From the NCBI GenBank assembly GCA_014360685.1, contig JACIXB010000009.1, positions 1,971-65,970 on the forward strand: 64,000 nt of DNA, read 5' to 3'. The stretch is from Actinomycetota bacterium. GTDB taxonomy: Bacteria; Actinomycetota; Geothermincolia; Geothermincolales; RBG-13-55-18. The position numbers and the translations under genes were made by a program. Each line of letters begins with the position of its first letter. Position 1 is the first letter of the stretch. Shown here one piece after another: positions 19,312 through 28,328 of the stretch. The notes under the pieces were generated by a model that made no database searches, was not told where the DNA came from, and saw only the letters and a program-made list of their open reading frames with translations.

Positions 19312-20583
19312 ATGAGAGAGCGGCGCCTGAACATACCGCCGGGAGAGGTGAAGCAGTTGTCCTACGAGACGGAGAACCCCTGGGACCGCAGCCTGCGGGA
19401 GGTGAACCGCTTCATGGAGGCGGTGGCCCGCAAGATCCCCGTCATCCGTTCCCTGCGGGAGGCCTTTGCCGGGGAAGGGGACGGGTTCATCGACTGGGAG
19501 CAGGCCAAGGAGATAGCCAAGCTGGTGGCGGAGTCGGAGGGCGTCGCCCCGGCTCCGGGGCTCGAGGTGCGCGAGCAATTCGAGGCCATGCGCCGGCGCA
19601 GCGAGAAGCTGGTCAGGTCCTTCACCGGGCTGCGGCCGCTGGAGGAGGTCGGGCCCCTGTTCGTCTTCGACCGCCCCCAGTGGATAGAGGCCAACCTCTC
19701 CAGCTTCAAGCTCATCTTCGAGCCCCTGGCGGAGAGCTACGCCAAGACCCTCCATCGCCTGGAGGAACAGAGGGACCGGCAGTACCGGCTGGGACGCAAG
19801 TTCACCAGGGGTTTGCTCACCGCCCAGCTGGGGATGGTCATGGGCTACCTGGCGCGCAGCGTGCTGGGCCAGTTCGACCTCGGGCTTCCCCGGCTGGAGG
19901 ACAGCGGGAAGCTGTACATCGTGTACCCCAACCTGCTCAAGGCGGAGGACAAGATGCGGCTCAACCCCGCCGATTTCCGGCTGTGGATCACCCTCCACGA
20001 GGTGACCCACGGCTTCGAGTTCGCTTCCCATCCGTGGTTGAGGGAGTACCTCAGGTCGCTCATGGAGCGTTATTTCCGCAGCGTTTCCTTGCGCCTGGAG
20101 GACATGAGCCTGAACTTGAGGCCCGGGGAGCTGAGGGACGCTCGGCGCCTCAACGAGATAATCGGGCAGGGGGGCCTGATGTCCATCATCCATACCCCCG
20201 AGCAGCGGGAGATCCTGGATCGCATCCAGGCTTTCATGTCCCTGGTGGAGGGGTACAGCAACCTGGTCATGGACATGGTGGGCCGGGAGATCATCCCCAC
20301 CTACAAGCAGATGAGCATCGCCTTCCGCCACCGGCGCGACTCCAAGTCCGGGGCGGAGCGCCTGGTGGAGAGGATGCTGGGGTTCGACCTCAAGCTGCAG
20401 CAGTACCAGGTGGGAGAACTATTCTGCCGCGAGGTGGAGGAGAAGAAAGGCCTGGAGTTCCTCAACCTGGCCTGGAAAAGGGAGGAAAACCTTCCCACAG
20501 CGGAGGAGATCCGCCGTCCCTACCTGTGGATAGAGCGCCTGGAAAGGCAGGAGGGCCACCGGATCATCTACCACCGGATCTGA
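19312..20583 (+). CDS. Zinc-dependent metalloprotease (actinobacterial Zincin_2 family)
   Basis: LHEVTH zincin motif; VLGQFD, MSLVEGY, QY..GE.F and LPT..EI..P..W family motifs. Confidence 0.85.
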   Translation: MRERRLNIPPGEVKQLSYETENPWDRSLREVNRFMEAVARKIPVIRSLREAFAGEGDGFIDWEQAKEIAKLVAESEGVAPAPGLEVREQFEAMRRRSEKLVRSFTGLRPLEEVGPLFVFDRPQWIEANLSSFKLIFEPLAESYAKTLHRLEEQRDRQYRLGRKFTRGLLTAQLGMVMGYLARSVLGQFDLGLPRLEDSGKLYIVYPNLLKAEDKMRLNPADFRLWITLHEVTHGFEFASHPWLREYLRSLMERYFRSVSLRLEDMSLNLRPGELRDARRLNEIIGQGGLMSIIHTPEQREILDRIQAFMSLVEGYSNLVMDMVGREIIPTYKQMSIAFRHRRDSKSGAERLVERMLGFDLKLQQYQVGELFCREVEEKKGLEFLNLAWKREENLPTAEEIRRPYLWIERLERQEGHRIIYHRI

Positions 20584-20661
20584 CCGGGACTGGACATGCC
20601 GCCCTTTCCTCTCGCCCATTCCCTACGGCCGGCCGGGCGCCCGGGGGAGTGGGCCCGTGTA

Positions 20662-21717
20662 TCACCCCTGGGCGAGCAACCAGGCGGCCAAGGTGACCAC
20701 GCGGGTCACCTTGAGGAGGCCCTCGCTGTTCATCCTCTCCGGGGTGTCGGTCACGCGGTGGAAATCCGGGTGCTCGGAGCGCTCAAACCATGACCAGTCG
20801 CAGGTAACGGCGGGCACGTGGTACATGAAGAAGGTCCCCGCGGAAGACCCGGGGTCCGCGCCGCCCAGCTCCAGGGTGACCCCCAGGATCTCGGCCGCCT
20901 CCTCCAGCGCCTTGACCGTCTCCCGGTTGGGGCGGTAGTTGAGATCCCAGACGTCCATGTAATCCCCGTCCCCGGCGGCAAGACCTTCCAGGTTGATGAT
21001 CCTGGCGCGCTCCCGAAGGCCCCTCTCCTCTATGGCTTCGGCCAGGGCGGAGGCCCCGTACCCCCCGCATTCCTCCCCTCCCAGCAAGGCGAAGACCAGG
21101 GTCTTCCCGGGTGGTTCTTCCAGGGAGACCAGGACCCTCGCCGCTTCCAGCACGGCGGCCGTCCCGGAGGCGTTGTAGTCCGCTCCCGGGTAGACCTCCC
21201 CGCTCTGCGGGTCGCGTCCCAGGCCGTCGTAGTTGGCGGTGAGGATGATCATGTCCTCCGCCTCCCCCCTTAGCATGCCCAGGATGTTGGACGCTTCCAC
21301 CACCTCGCCGGGCTGGGTCTCCCGGTCCAGGTAGCAGCGGTCGGCGGGAACCTGGAAGGATTGGCGGAAGTCCGTGAGGCCCAGAGGGCTTACCGGCTCC
21401 AGGCCCAGTTCCTGGAGACGCTCGCAGAGGTACCCCTCGAGCATGGCGCTCTGCGGGGAGCCCGTGGCCCGCCCGGCCAGTTCCTCGCCGGCCAGGAAAC
21501 GCACGGTCTCCATCATGCGGGAGATGTCCACCATGCCTGTGATGCGCTCCGCAAGGACGTCGCTTACCTCCCCCTCCGGCGGGGAAGTGGCGTTCCCGCA
21601 GCCGACCGCAAGGGCCAGGGCGGCCAGGAGCAGTGCCGAAACCACCACTTTCAGAGGGGATGGCCTGGTAGTCGCTTTCAGCCGCGAACGCCCACGGAAT
21701 GGCACCTTGAGATCCAT
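20662..21717 (-). CDS. M28-family peptidase-like lipoprotein with degenerate metal site
   Basis: Lipobox AVGC; GR.TGS, NILG, ANYDGLG, GADYNASG, GGEE.G and DFH...DT motifs. Confidence 0.8.
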   Translation of the reverse strand: MDLKVPFRGRSRLKATTRPSPLKVVVSALLLAALALAVGCGNATSPPEGEVSDVLAERITGMVDISRMMETVRFLAGEELAGRATGSPQSAMLEGYLCERLQELGLEPVSPLGLTDFRQSFQVPADRCYLDRETQPGEVVEASNILGMLRGEAEDMIILTANYDGLGRDPQSGEVYPGADYNASGTAAVLEAARVLVSLEEPPGKTLVFALLGGEECGGYGASALAEAIEERGLRERARIINLEGLAAGDGDYMDVWDLNYRPNRETVKALEEAAEILGVTLELGGADPGSSAGTFFMYHVPAVTCDWSWFERSEHPDFHRVTDTPERMNSEGLLKVTRVVTLAAWLLAQG

Positions 21718-21959
21718 GTTCGCTTATCCCTTCCCGCCCTCCCCCCGGCACGCTCCATAGCCGAGTTGTGGCTTCCCGGTGATGTTCTCATTCCCTTTAT
21801 CTTTCCCCGCCGAAACAGGCGATCCGGATTACCGGCGGTGCCTTCAGGCCGAGGGTGATGTTCTCAACCCTCGATCCTTCCCCGCCAAGCCCTTCGACAT
21901 TCGCTGTCCTGGACTCCCCGGGACCGGCAGCCGGCGGGGATTTCCGGCCCGGGCTCGAC

Positions 21960-22850
21960 TCAATCCTCCTTCCGGTCCCGTTTTCGCCCTTTCTTCCTCC
22001 CCTTTCTGGCGTTACGGGGTTCCTTCCAGGGGGCGGGAGGAGGCGGCGAAGCGTCCCGGCGCCTTTTCACCCGCATGGTGGGCCTGGAGGAGGTTCCCAC
22101 CACTGGCTTTACCTTCCCCGGGTTGGACCTTTTTCTCAACCCGTGCATGAGGGCCAGCACCACCAGCAGCACCAAGGCCGGGATGCCCACGGCCAGGAGA
22201 AGGATCAGCCACCAGTTGACGCCGGAAGGTAGGGGGCCGGATATTTCCTCCTCCACCTCCCTTGGAGTCACCCCCAGTGCTTTGAAGGCGTCCTCGGGTT
22301 GGGCGCCGGTTTCCTCCAGGTCCACGAAAACCCCTATCTTCTCTATCCCGGTCACTTCCCTCAAGGTCTTCACCAACTGGGCCAGGGCCCGGATGGCCCG
22401 CTCGCGGTCCCCGGAGAGCTCCATGAGCTCGCTGGACAGGTTGACGCTGAACTCGCTGCGGTCCTGTTTTACCGTGGTGTACCGGAGCTTGACGCCCTCG
22501 GGGATGTAGGTGACGTAGCCCTGCGCCTTTTCCTCCTCCTTGGGGCCGTTGAGCAGTTCCATGACCGTGAACTCCGCGGCCTGCGGTCCGGCGGCCACCT
22601 CCCTCGCCACCGGGGTCAGGACTCCATCCAGGTAGAAGTAGACCTGTCCGGCCTGAGAAACCCCTTCGCCGGGGGTCTCGGGTACGGGGGGAGTCTCCTC
22701 CTGGGCCCGCGCCCACCTCCCTCCCGGGTTGAGGAGGAGCAGCAGGAGGCATAACGCCGCGGCGGTTATCGAGGCGGCAGGAGTGACCAATGGAGCGGCG
22801 TGCCTTATCCCGTCGTCGGGTATCCGCTTCTTCCTGATTTTCATACTCAT
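21960..22850 (-). CDS. GerMN-domain membrane protein
   Basis: Signal peptide; L.PV.R...LL.GP...E...G..T.IP.G..L...VNLS GerMN pattern; C-terminal TM and basic tail. Confidence 0.78.
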   Translation of the reverse strand: MSMKIRKKRIPDDGIRHAAPLVTPAASITAAALCLLLLLLNPGGRWARAQEETPPVPETPGEGVSQAGQVYFYLDGVLTPVAREVAAGPQAAEFTVMELLNGPKEEEKAQGYVTYIPEGVKLRYTTVKQDRSEFSVNLSSELMELSGDRERAIRALAQLVKTLREVTGIEKIGVFVDLEETGAQPEDAFKALGVTPREVEEEISGPLPSGVNWWLILLLAVGIPALVLLVVLALMHGLRKRSNPGKVKPVVGTSSRPTMRVKRRRDASPPPPAPWKEPRNARKGRKKGRKRDRKED

Positions 22851-23219
22851 CACCTCGGGTCCTTGATTAATATCCCGAGGGGTAAAGGCGGACCGTTGTC
22901 TCCGGTGTTCACCCTTACCATCAAGCTCCTCCCGTGCTTTCCTTCATGATTACGATTCCTTATGTCTATATGCGCGGAGGCCTCGTATCCGAGTCATCTT
23001 GAAGGTCCGGCATGCCCTTCAAGCGGATACACGGGCACTGTCCCCGTGACCTTACACGTCCTTTATTCGCTCCGCGGCCTTTGCTCGACGCGACAACTGG
23101 AAGCGGCTTTCCGAGCCCTCTTCTCAATGGCGCTGGCCAGGACGCGACCCGAACCGGTATGGTTCCGGAAGGAGGCCTTAAGCTTCATTTCCGGCCCCCT
23201 TCCGGATCGCGTCCCCTAA

Positions 23220-23248
23220 ATTGTATGAGGGCGCGGTTTGCCAGGCAA
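23220..23248 (-). promoter_or_regulatory. Sigma70-type promoter TTGCCT-17-TACAAT
   Basis: -35 at 23243-23248 and -10 at 23220-23225 with a 17-nt spacer, pointing toward the GerMN gene. Confidence 0.55.
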
Positions 23249-23326
23249 GCTGAAATGGGGGATCCGGTGAAGGCACGCTCAACCCCATTGCTTTTGAACC
23301 CGTTTGTTCCGATCTCGGATCTTCGT

Positions 23327-23531
23327 CGGTCTCCCCCGACAAGGTATGATCCGGATAGGAGGAATGGGAGGGCACCGGTGGGATGGAGAGGCGGAACGCG
23401 TTCCTCGATGGAACCCCGGCTCACAGTCCCGCTCAAGGACGCCTTATGAGATGGAGGACGAAAGCGCCCCCCTCGTTGGAGCCCGGTGGCTTGGGACCGA
23501 AGGCCTTCCGGTCTCCCCCGACAGGTATGAT
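23327..23531. repeat. Imperfect direct repeat CGGTCTCCCCCGACA(A)GGTATGAT (23327-23350, 23509-23531)
   Basis: Two near-identical 23-24 nt copies read directly. Confidence 0.75.
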
Positions 23532-23736
23532 TAGAAAAAGGCGGATGTGGCTATAATTACTCAGATGAGTGAAAAAAGGTGGTTTTACCTTCCCTCCGGG
23601 ACATGTAAAGGGGGTTGGAACGAGCTGAGGTGAAGAGGAAGCGTTTTTTGCCGAGATGCCGTCTCGTTTATACCCTGTCGTTTATCACGGCTTCGTGTCT
23701 CTCGGCTCCTAAGGGGGCATGGCGAAAGGGGGAACC

Positions 23737-24414
23737 ATGAAGAGAACGGTGAGTATGTCCGTCATCCTCCTGCTCCTCCTGCTTTTCTGGATGACGCCGT
23801 TTGTCGGGTGTGGGGGCAAGGAGGCGGAGAAGAAAGAGGAGGGTGCGGTGGAGGAGGAGGCGGTGACGGAAGAGGAAGCAGAAGCGGAGGAAACCGCCGC
23901 CGGCCGGGAAGCGGAGGAGGGCGCCGAGACGGATGAAGACGCCGAGGCGGATGAGGACGCCGAGGCCGGGCCTCCTCCCGGTTACCTCTACGAGAGGCAG
24001 GAGATAGGCAGCAAGACCCCGCTCGAGTACCTCCAGTTGGTGGATGTGCGTTGGAGCGACCACGGGGACTATTTCCGCTTGGTGGCCGAGCTGAAGCGCT
24101 TGGACGGCAGCGACACCACCCAGGTGCCCTGGTGCTTCGCCGATTATTCAGACGACCCCACCATAGAATACGGGACGGAAATACAGCTCTATATGCGGGG
24201 GATAAGGCGGGAAGACGTGCATGTCGCTTCCCTGCGAGCGGGGACGGGAGTGCTTACCGGGGACGCGGTCTGTCTCCAGGTCCTGATGACCATGCACGGC
24301 TCGGTGGACGGGGTGGAACCGGTGAACCTTTTCGTGACCACCAGGACCAAGAGGCCTTTCCGTCTGTCCTACGCTACGGCGCCCATGCGCATCATCCTGG
24401 ACATATGGAAATAA
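23737..24414 (+). CDS. Lipoprotein with acidic linker and AMIN-like C-terminal domain
   Basis: MKR..hydrophobic..FVGC lipobox; Glu-rich linker; DVRW..H.DY.R.V...P.RIILDI pattern. Confidence 0.7.
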   Translation: MKRTVSMSVILLLLLLFWMTPFVGCGGKEAEKKEEGAVEEEAVTEEEAEAEETAAGREAEEGAETDEDAEADEDAEAGPPPGYLYERQEIGSKTPLEYLQLVDVRWSDHGDYFRLVAELKRLDGSDTTQVPWCFADYSDDPTIEYGTEIQLYMRGIRREDVHVASLRAGTGVLTGDAVCLQVLMTMHGSVDGVEPVNLFVTTRTKRPFRLSYATAPMRIILDIWK

Positions 24415-24436
24415 GGGATGGGGGTCACAAGGGATG

Positions 24437-24528
24437 GGGGTCACATCTTCGTTTTTCGATTCCCTCTCCGTTTACGAAAAGCTTACCATCTCCAGCGAGC
24501 TGCCTCCGAAAATCGAAGATATGACCCC
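24437..24528. repeat. 21-bp imperfect inverted repeat (REP/MITE-like) between convergent genes
   Basis: GGGGTCACATCTTCGTTTTTC (24437-24457) matches the reverse complement of GAAAATCGAAGATATGACCCC (24508-24528) with 2 mismatches. Confidence 0.7.
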
Positions 24529-24532
24529 GGTT

Positions 24533-25195
24533 TCAGTAGCGGAATTCCCCGGCCAAGGCCACGAGGTTCATGACCACCGGCACGGCGTAGATGCCTCCCA
24601 CGAAGAGGAGCTTGCTCCGCATGGACTTCATGTCCAGCATCAGGTTCACGGCCGCGAACCAGTAGAAATACCCCAGGACGAAGATGAGCCAGATGCCGGC
24701 AAAGGTGCGGTTCCACCAGGGATATTCCCACACCAGGTGCCCGCCGAGGTTGAGGCACACCTCGACGAAGACGCAGAAGGCGGCGAAGAAAAGGGCGAAG
24801 AACCAGCGGTTGGGGATTCCCAGTATCTTCCTTTCCCTCTCCGGGAGCAGGGAGTGGTAATAGACCAGCCCCAGCAGCAGGAAGGTGAAGATGATCTCCA
24901 GGTTCCAACCTATGGTCATGCGGAAGGCGGTGTCTCCCGGGGTGGTCCACACCGCCGACCTCCCGGTGAAGTGGAAGACCCAGCCGTTCCAGGTCTCGTT
25001 GAAGAAGTCGCACCCGAAGACCACCAGGGCGGCCAGGATGGGATCCCAGTTGCCCGTCTCCCGCGAGCGCAGGACCTCCCGGGCGTAGATGTAGGCCACC
25101 AGCGCCAGCAGCGGGACGGCGTACCACTTCAGGGTGTGCAGGTCGCGCAGCCCCTCCAGCGCCCTACGCGAAGCCTCGGTCATTTCGAAGAACAT
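24533..25195 (-). CDS. Conserved-looking multi-pass membrane protein of unknown function
   Basis: About 6 hydrophobic helices; strong GC3 codon bias; RBS AAGGAG. Confidence 0.75.
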   Translation of the reverse strand: MFFEMTEASRRALEGLRDLHTLKWYAVPLLALVAYIYAREVLRSRETGNWDPILAALVVFGCDFFNETWNGWVFHFTGRSAVWTTPGDTAFRMTIGWNLEIIFTFLLLGLVYYHSLLPERERKILGIPNRWFFALFFAAFCVFVEVCLNLGGHLVWEYPWWNRTFAGIWLIFVLGYFYWFAAVNLMLDMKSMRSKLLFVGGIYAVPVVMNLVALAGEFRY

Positions 25196-25197
25196 GG

Positions 25198-25312
25198 CCT
25201 CTGCTCCTTTCCCCGCCTCCGGACACCGGGACTACTGTAAGTAAGTCGAGGCGCCCCTTAAAGACCATACCCGGACCTCTGCTCTTTTCCCGCCTCCGGA
25301 CACCGGCACTAC
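25198..25312. repeat. ~38-nt direct repeat duplicating the RBS region of 24533-25195
   Basis: CCTCTGCTC(C/T)TTT(C)CCCGCCTCCGGACACCGG(G/C)ACTAC at 25198-25235 and 25276-25312. Confidence 0.75.
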
Positions 25313-25668
25313 CACTCGGCCGGGGTCTCCGCGCCGCTTGGGACCCGGTAAGCGTGCCCCAGGGCCGGAGAACTACTCCATCCTTTTTCTTGGCCGTTGA
25401 GGCTGGATTTCCTTCCCTCGAACCGTGCCCTTACCCTTAACCGTGAAGGGCGAACGGATTTGCCTGCGCTCCCTTCGCCGGCTGCGGCGTCCCGGATGCG
25501 ATCAAGCGTCCTCGCCCGCCGGGCGGTGAACGGCTTTTACCCGCTCACCTGGCCGTCCACGAGGCCGATTATGGAATGGTAAATAATACCATATGGTTGA
25601 TCCGGTCGGGAGGTCTTGTGGGGGCCTCGTCTCCCGGCCACTGCCGCCGTATGACCCTTGGGCTCACG

Positions 25669-26691
25669 TCAGGCGAAGCACTCCTCGAGGAAGGCCCCCA
25701 GGTCGCGGTTCACCTCCTCCGGGCACTCCAACATGGTGTCGTGTCCCTTTTCGGGGTAGACCACCAGGCGGGATCCGGGGATCATGGAGGCCGTGCGCTC
25801 GTTGGCCTTCCGCGCCGTGAGCCGGTCCTCGCTCCCCACCAGGATGAGCACCGGGACCTCTATCCGGGAGAGGGCGGCCGGTTCCACGTGGTAATCCAGG
25901 CAGGCCTTCATGGCCCGCATGAAGTTTGGCAGGGCGGTGGAGAAGATGAGCTCCCGCTGGAATTCCACCTCCTCCGCGGGGGGTTTCTTGCCGAAAGCCG
26001 TGTAGCGCGCCAGGTAATATCCCAGGGCGGATCTCCCGTAGAGGTCCCAGGCCCTCAGCGCCAACGGCCGTTCCCTGGCCAGCAGGTTGAGGGCGGCGGC
26101 CAGAGGGAAGGGGTAAAGGCGCTTGACCAGGCTTCCGAAGACCATCCCCTCCACCACGTCCAAACCGGAGGAATCCACGAGAACCAGCCCCTTCAGGCGG
26201 CCGCCGTAGCGCTCGCCGAAGCGCTCGTGCCACTTCAAGGTGGTGAACCCGCCCATGCTGTGCCCGATGACGGCGAACTCCGGGGGGTCGAAGGCCTCCA
26301 CCACCGCCTGGAGGTCCTCGGCCAGGCGCTCTGTGCCCTGGTCCCCGCTGGCGGGCGTCCCGGACTTACCGTGACCGCGGAGGTCCAGGGAGACCACGCG
26401 GTACCTGTCCTTAAGGAAGGCCCGCTGGTAGCGCCAGATGGTGTGGTTACAGGCCAGCCCGTGCACCAGGAAGAGGGTGGGGCCCTCCCCGCAGGAGTCG
26501 GCGTAGATGGGGGTGCCGTCCGCGGAGCGTATGCCCTCCCGCGGTTCCCCGTCCGGCAGGGCCGGGGGAGGCTCCATCCCCCGGGACCTGCGGTGGTCCG
26601 CGTAGCGCACCCCCGCCGCGGCGGCATAGGCTCCCATGGTGCCTAGGAGGGCTACCTTTACCATCTTGATTCCGAACTTTCCACCAGACAT
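25669..26691 (-). CDS. Alpha/beta hydrolase
   Basis: LVHG, DLRGHG, GHSMGG nucleophile elbow, G.ED and GH motifs; start uncertain (26691 or 26664). Confidence 0.9.
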   Translation of the reverse strand: MSGGKFGIKMVKVALLGTMGAYAAAAGVRYADHRRSRGMEPPPALPDGEPREGIRSADGTPIYADSCGEGPTLFLVHGLACNHTIWRYQRAFLKDRYRVVSLDLRGHGKSGTPASGDQGTERLAEDLQAVVEAFDPPEFAVIGHSMGGFTTLKWHERFGERYGGRLKGLVLVDSSGLDVVEGMVFGSLVKRLYPFPLAAALNLLARERPLALRAWDLYGRSALGYYLARYTAFGKKPPAEEVEFQRELIFSTALPNFMRAMKACLDYHVEPAALSRIEVPVLILVGSEDRLTARKANERTASMIPGSRLVVYPEKGHDTMLECPEEVNRDLGAFLEECFA

Positions 26692-27425
26692 GCAACATCA
26701 CCCCATTTTCGAAACCAGTCGAGAACATACCCCTGGAGAACACATCCCTCTCGCGGCACACGCCTTGTGGTTGAGGAATGTCCCTTAATGATTGAAAACA
26801 TATCGTGAAGGTACTTGCAAGGGCGACAGCATCCCCGGCGGCTTTCTTGACCCGGGGCATCGCCAATGGCACGAGAGACGATACGAAGGATGTGAGTGCA
26901 ACGGGCGGTAAAAGGCGTTGCGTGCGGGTACGGCTCAGCCCGCCGCTGACTCAGGACGCGGCGGAGCAAGCGGAACCATCGCGTGCGCTTCACACGGGTT
27001 TCATACGCCGAACTCTTCATAACCGGACCTTACGTCGTGACCTGCGGAAGAGTGGAATTGGTGGCCCGCATGATCAATCTTCAACCCGGCGGAGGACATA
27101 TCAATCCAGGGTATGATCATGGAAACCGGGACGCGTCCGGTTACCAGGTCTATCCTGTGGAGGTGGAAATTTCCTTCTCCGAGAGGGACGTCTCCGGCGA
27201 GTCACACCTGCGCGCTCATCTGCGCTCGTGAGGAAAGGGTACAAGTAGAGACCATTTCCTACCAAGCGGCGCACGGGGATCGTTTACCCCTTCGTCTCCG
27301 GGGCCTTTCAGGCCGTTAACCAGAGCGACATAATGCGGCCGGCGTGAAAGCGGAATAGGGAGTTCCACTAGTGAAGACGCATTCCCGAGGTCATCCGGAG
27401 GGCTTACCTGGACAGGCTCCGGGAG

Positions 27426-28206
27426 GTGGGCGTGAAGCCCTCCTCTGGGGATGTGGCCAGAAAGTACAGGGAGATGGAGGTGGAACAGATGTCCGTACCG
27501 GAGGCGTCGCACAGAGACTATGAGGGGAACAGGATCCACCCAGCAACCTCGGTGGAGGCCGCGGCCAGGGTCTTCGGTCCTGAGGCCATAAACATAGGCG
27601 TTGGCAACATTAGCCAGTTCAATGCGCTTTACACGCGCTTCGCCAAGACCAGGACCTCGCTGGGCATCTTCGATTTCGGGCACCTGGGCACGGGCATCCC
27701 CCGGTCCATCGGTGCCAAGCTGGCCAACCCGGACAGGGAGATGTATGTCATAATCGAAGACGGTGCGGCCGGTTTCAACTTCATGGAGATGTCCACGGCG
27801 GCCCTGGGGAAGGTGAAGATAACCGTCATCATGCATGCCGGGGAGTCCCTGGTACATGGAGGAAATGGGGCAGTTGGCCTTCTTCCAGGGAGACACCTCA
27901 AAGGTCATAGCCTATCGGCAGTACCCCATACGGTGGGACTTGGCGGCGGAGAGCATGGGCTGTTACGGGAAGTACGTGTAGCGGTAGGAAGAGCTTGTGC
28001 CCGCCTTCGAGTGGGCCGGGAATCATGAGCCTCCCGTCGTGGTCTTCGTGAAAACAGATTTCTACGCCAACCTGGAACCCGCCCCTGGCCAACCGCTTTA
28101 TGGAGGCCTACGAGCAACCCGCGCAGAAAGCCGCGGAATAGCGGGGACGGAAGGACGCGGCATGGAAAGCGAACGTCCGCTCTTACCTAATATTAGAGAC
28201 GGGTGA
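27426..28206 (+). pseudogene. Fragment of a thiamine-pyrophosphate-dependent enzyme (acetolactate synthase/oxalyl-CoA decarboxylase-like C-terminus)
   Basis: FGHLGTGIP..IGAKLANPDR and EDGAAGFNFMEM (canonical GDG altered); N-terminal domains absent; likely continuation in another frame (PVVVFVKTD). Confidence 0.7.
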
Positions 28207-28328
28207 ACAAGCAATAAATCTGTTCCTCGGGCCAGGGAAGGACCTTGCAAAGCTTCATCTTTACTTATGCCCGGATCTCTCCTTATTATTTATGCCAGGG
28301 TCAGTTTTCGGCTTTAAGGGGGTTCGTC

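Noticed and set aside
23160-23180. SRP RNA-like CCGGAAGG
   Set aside because: Lacks the flanking TCAGG and AGCAG of the SRP domain IV loop.
23245-23345. c-di-AMP (ydaO) riboswitch-like words (GCTGAA, GGGGGA, GGTGAA, GAACCCGT)
   Set aside because: Spacing is wrong and the GTAGG and CAGCTAAC elements are missing.
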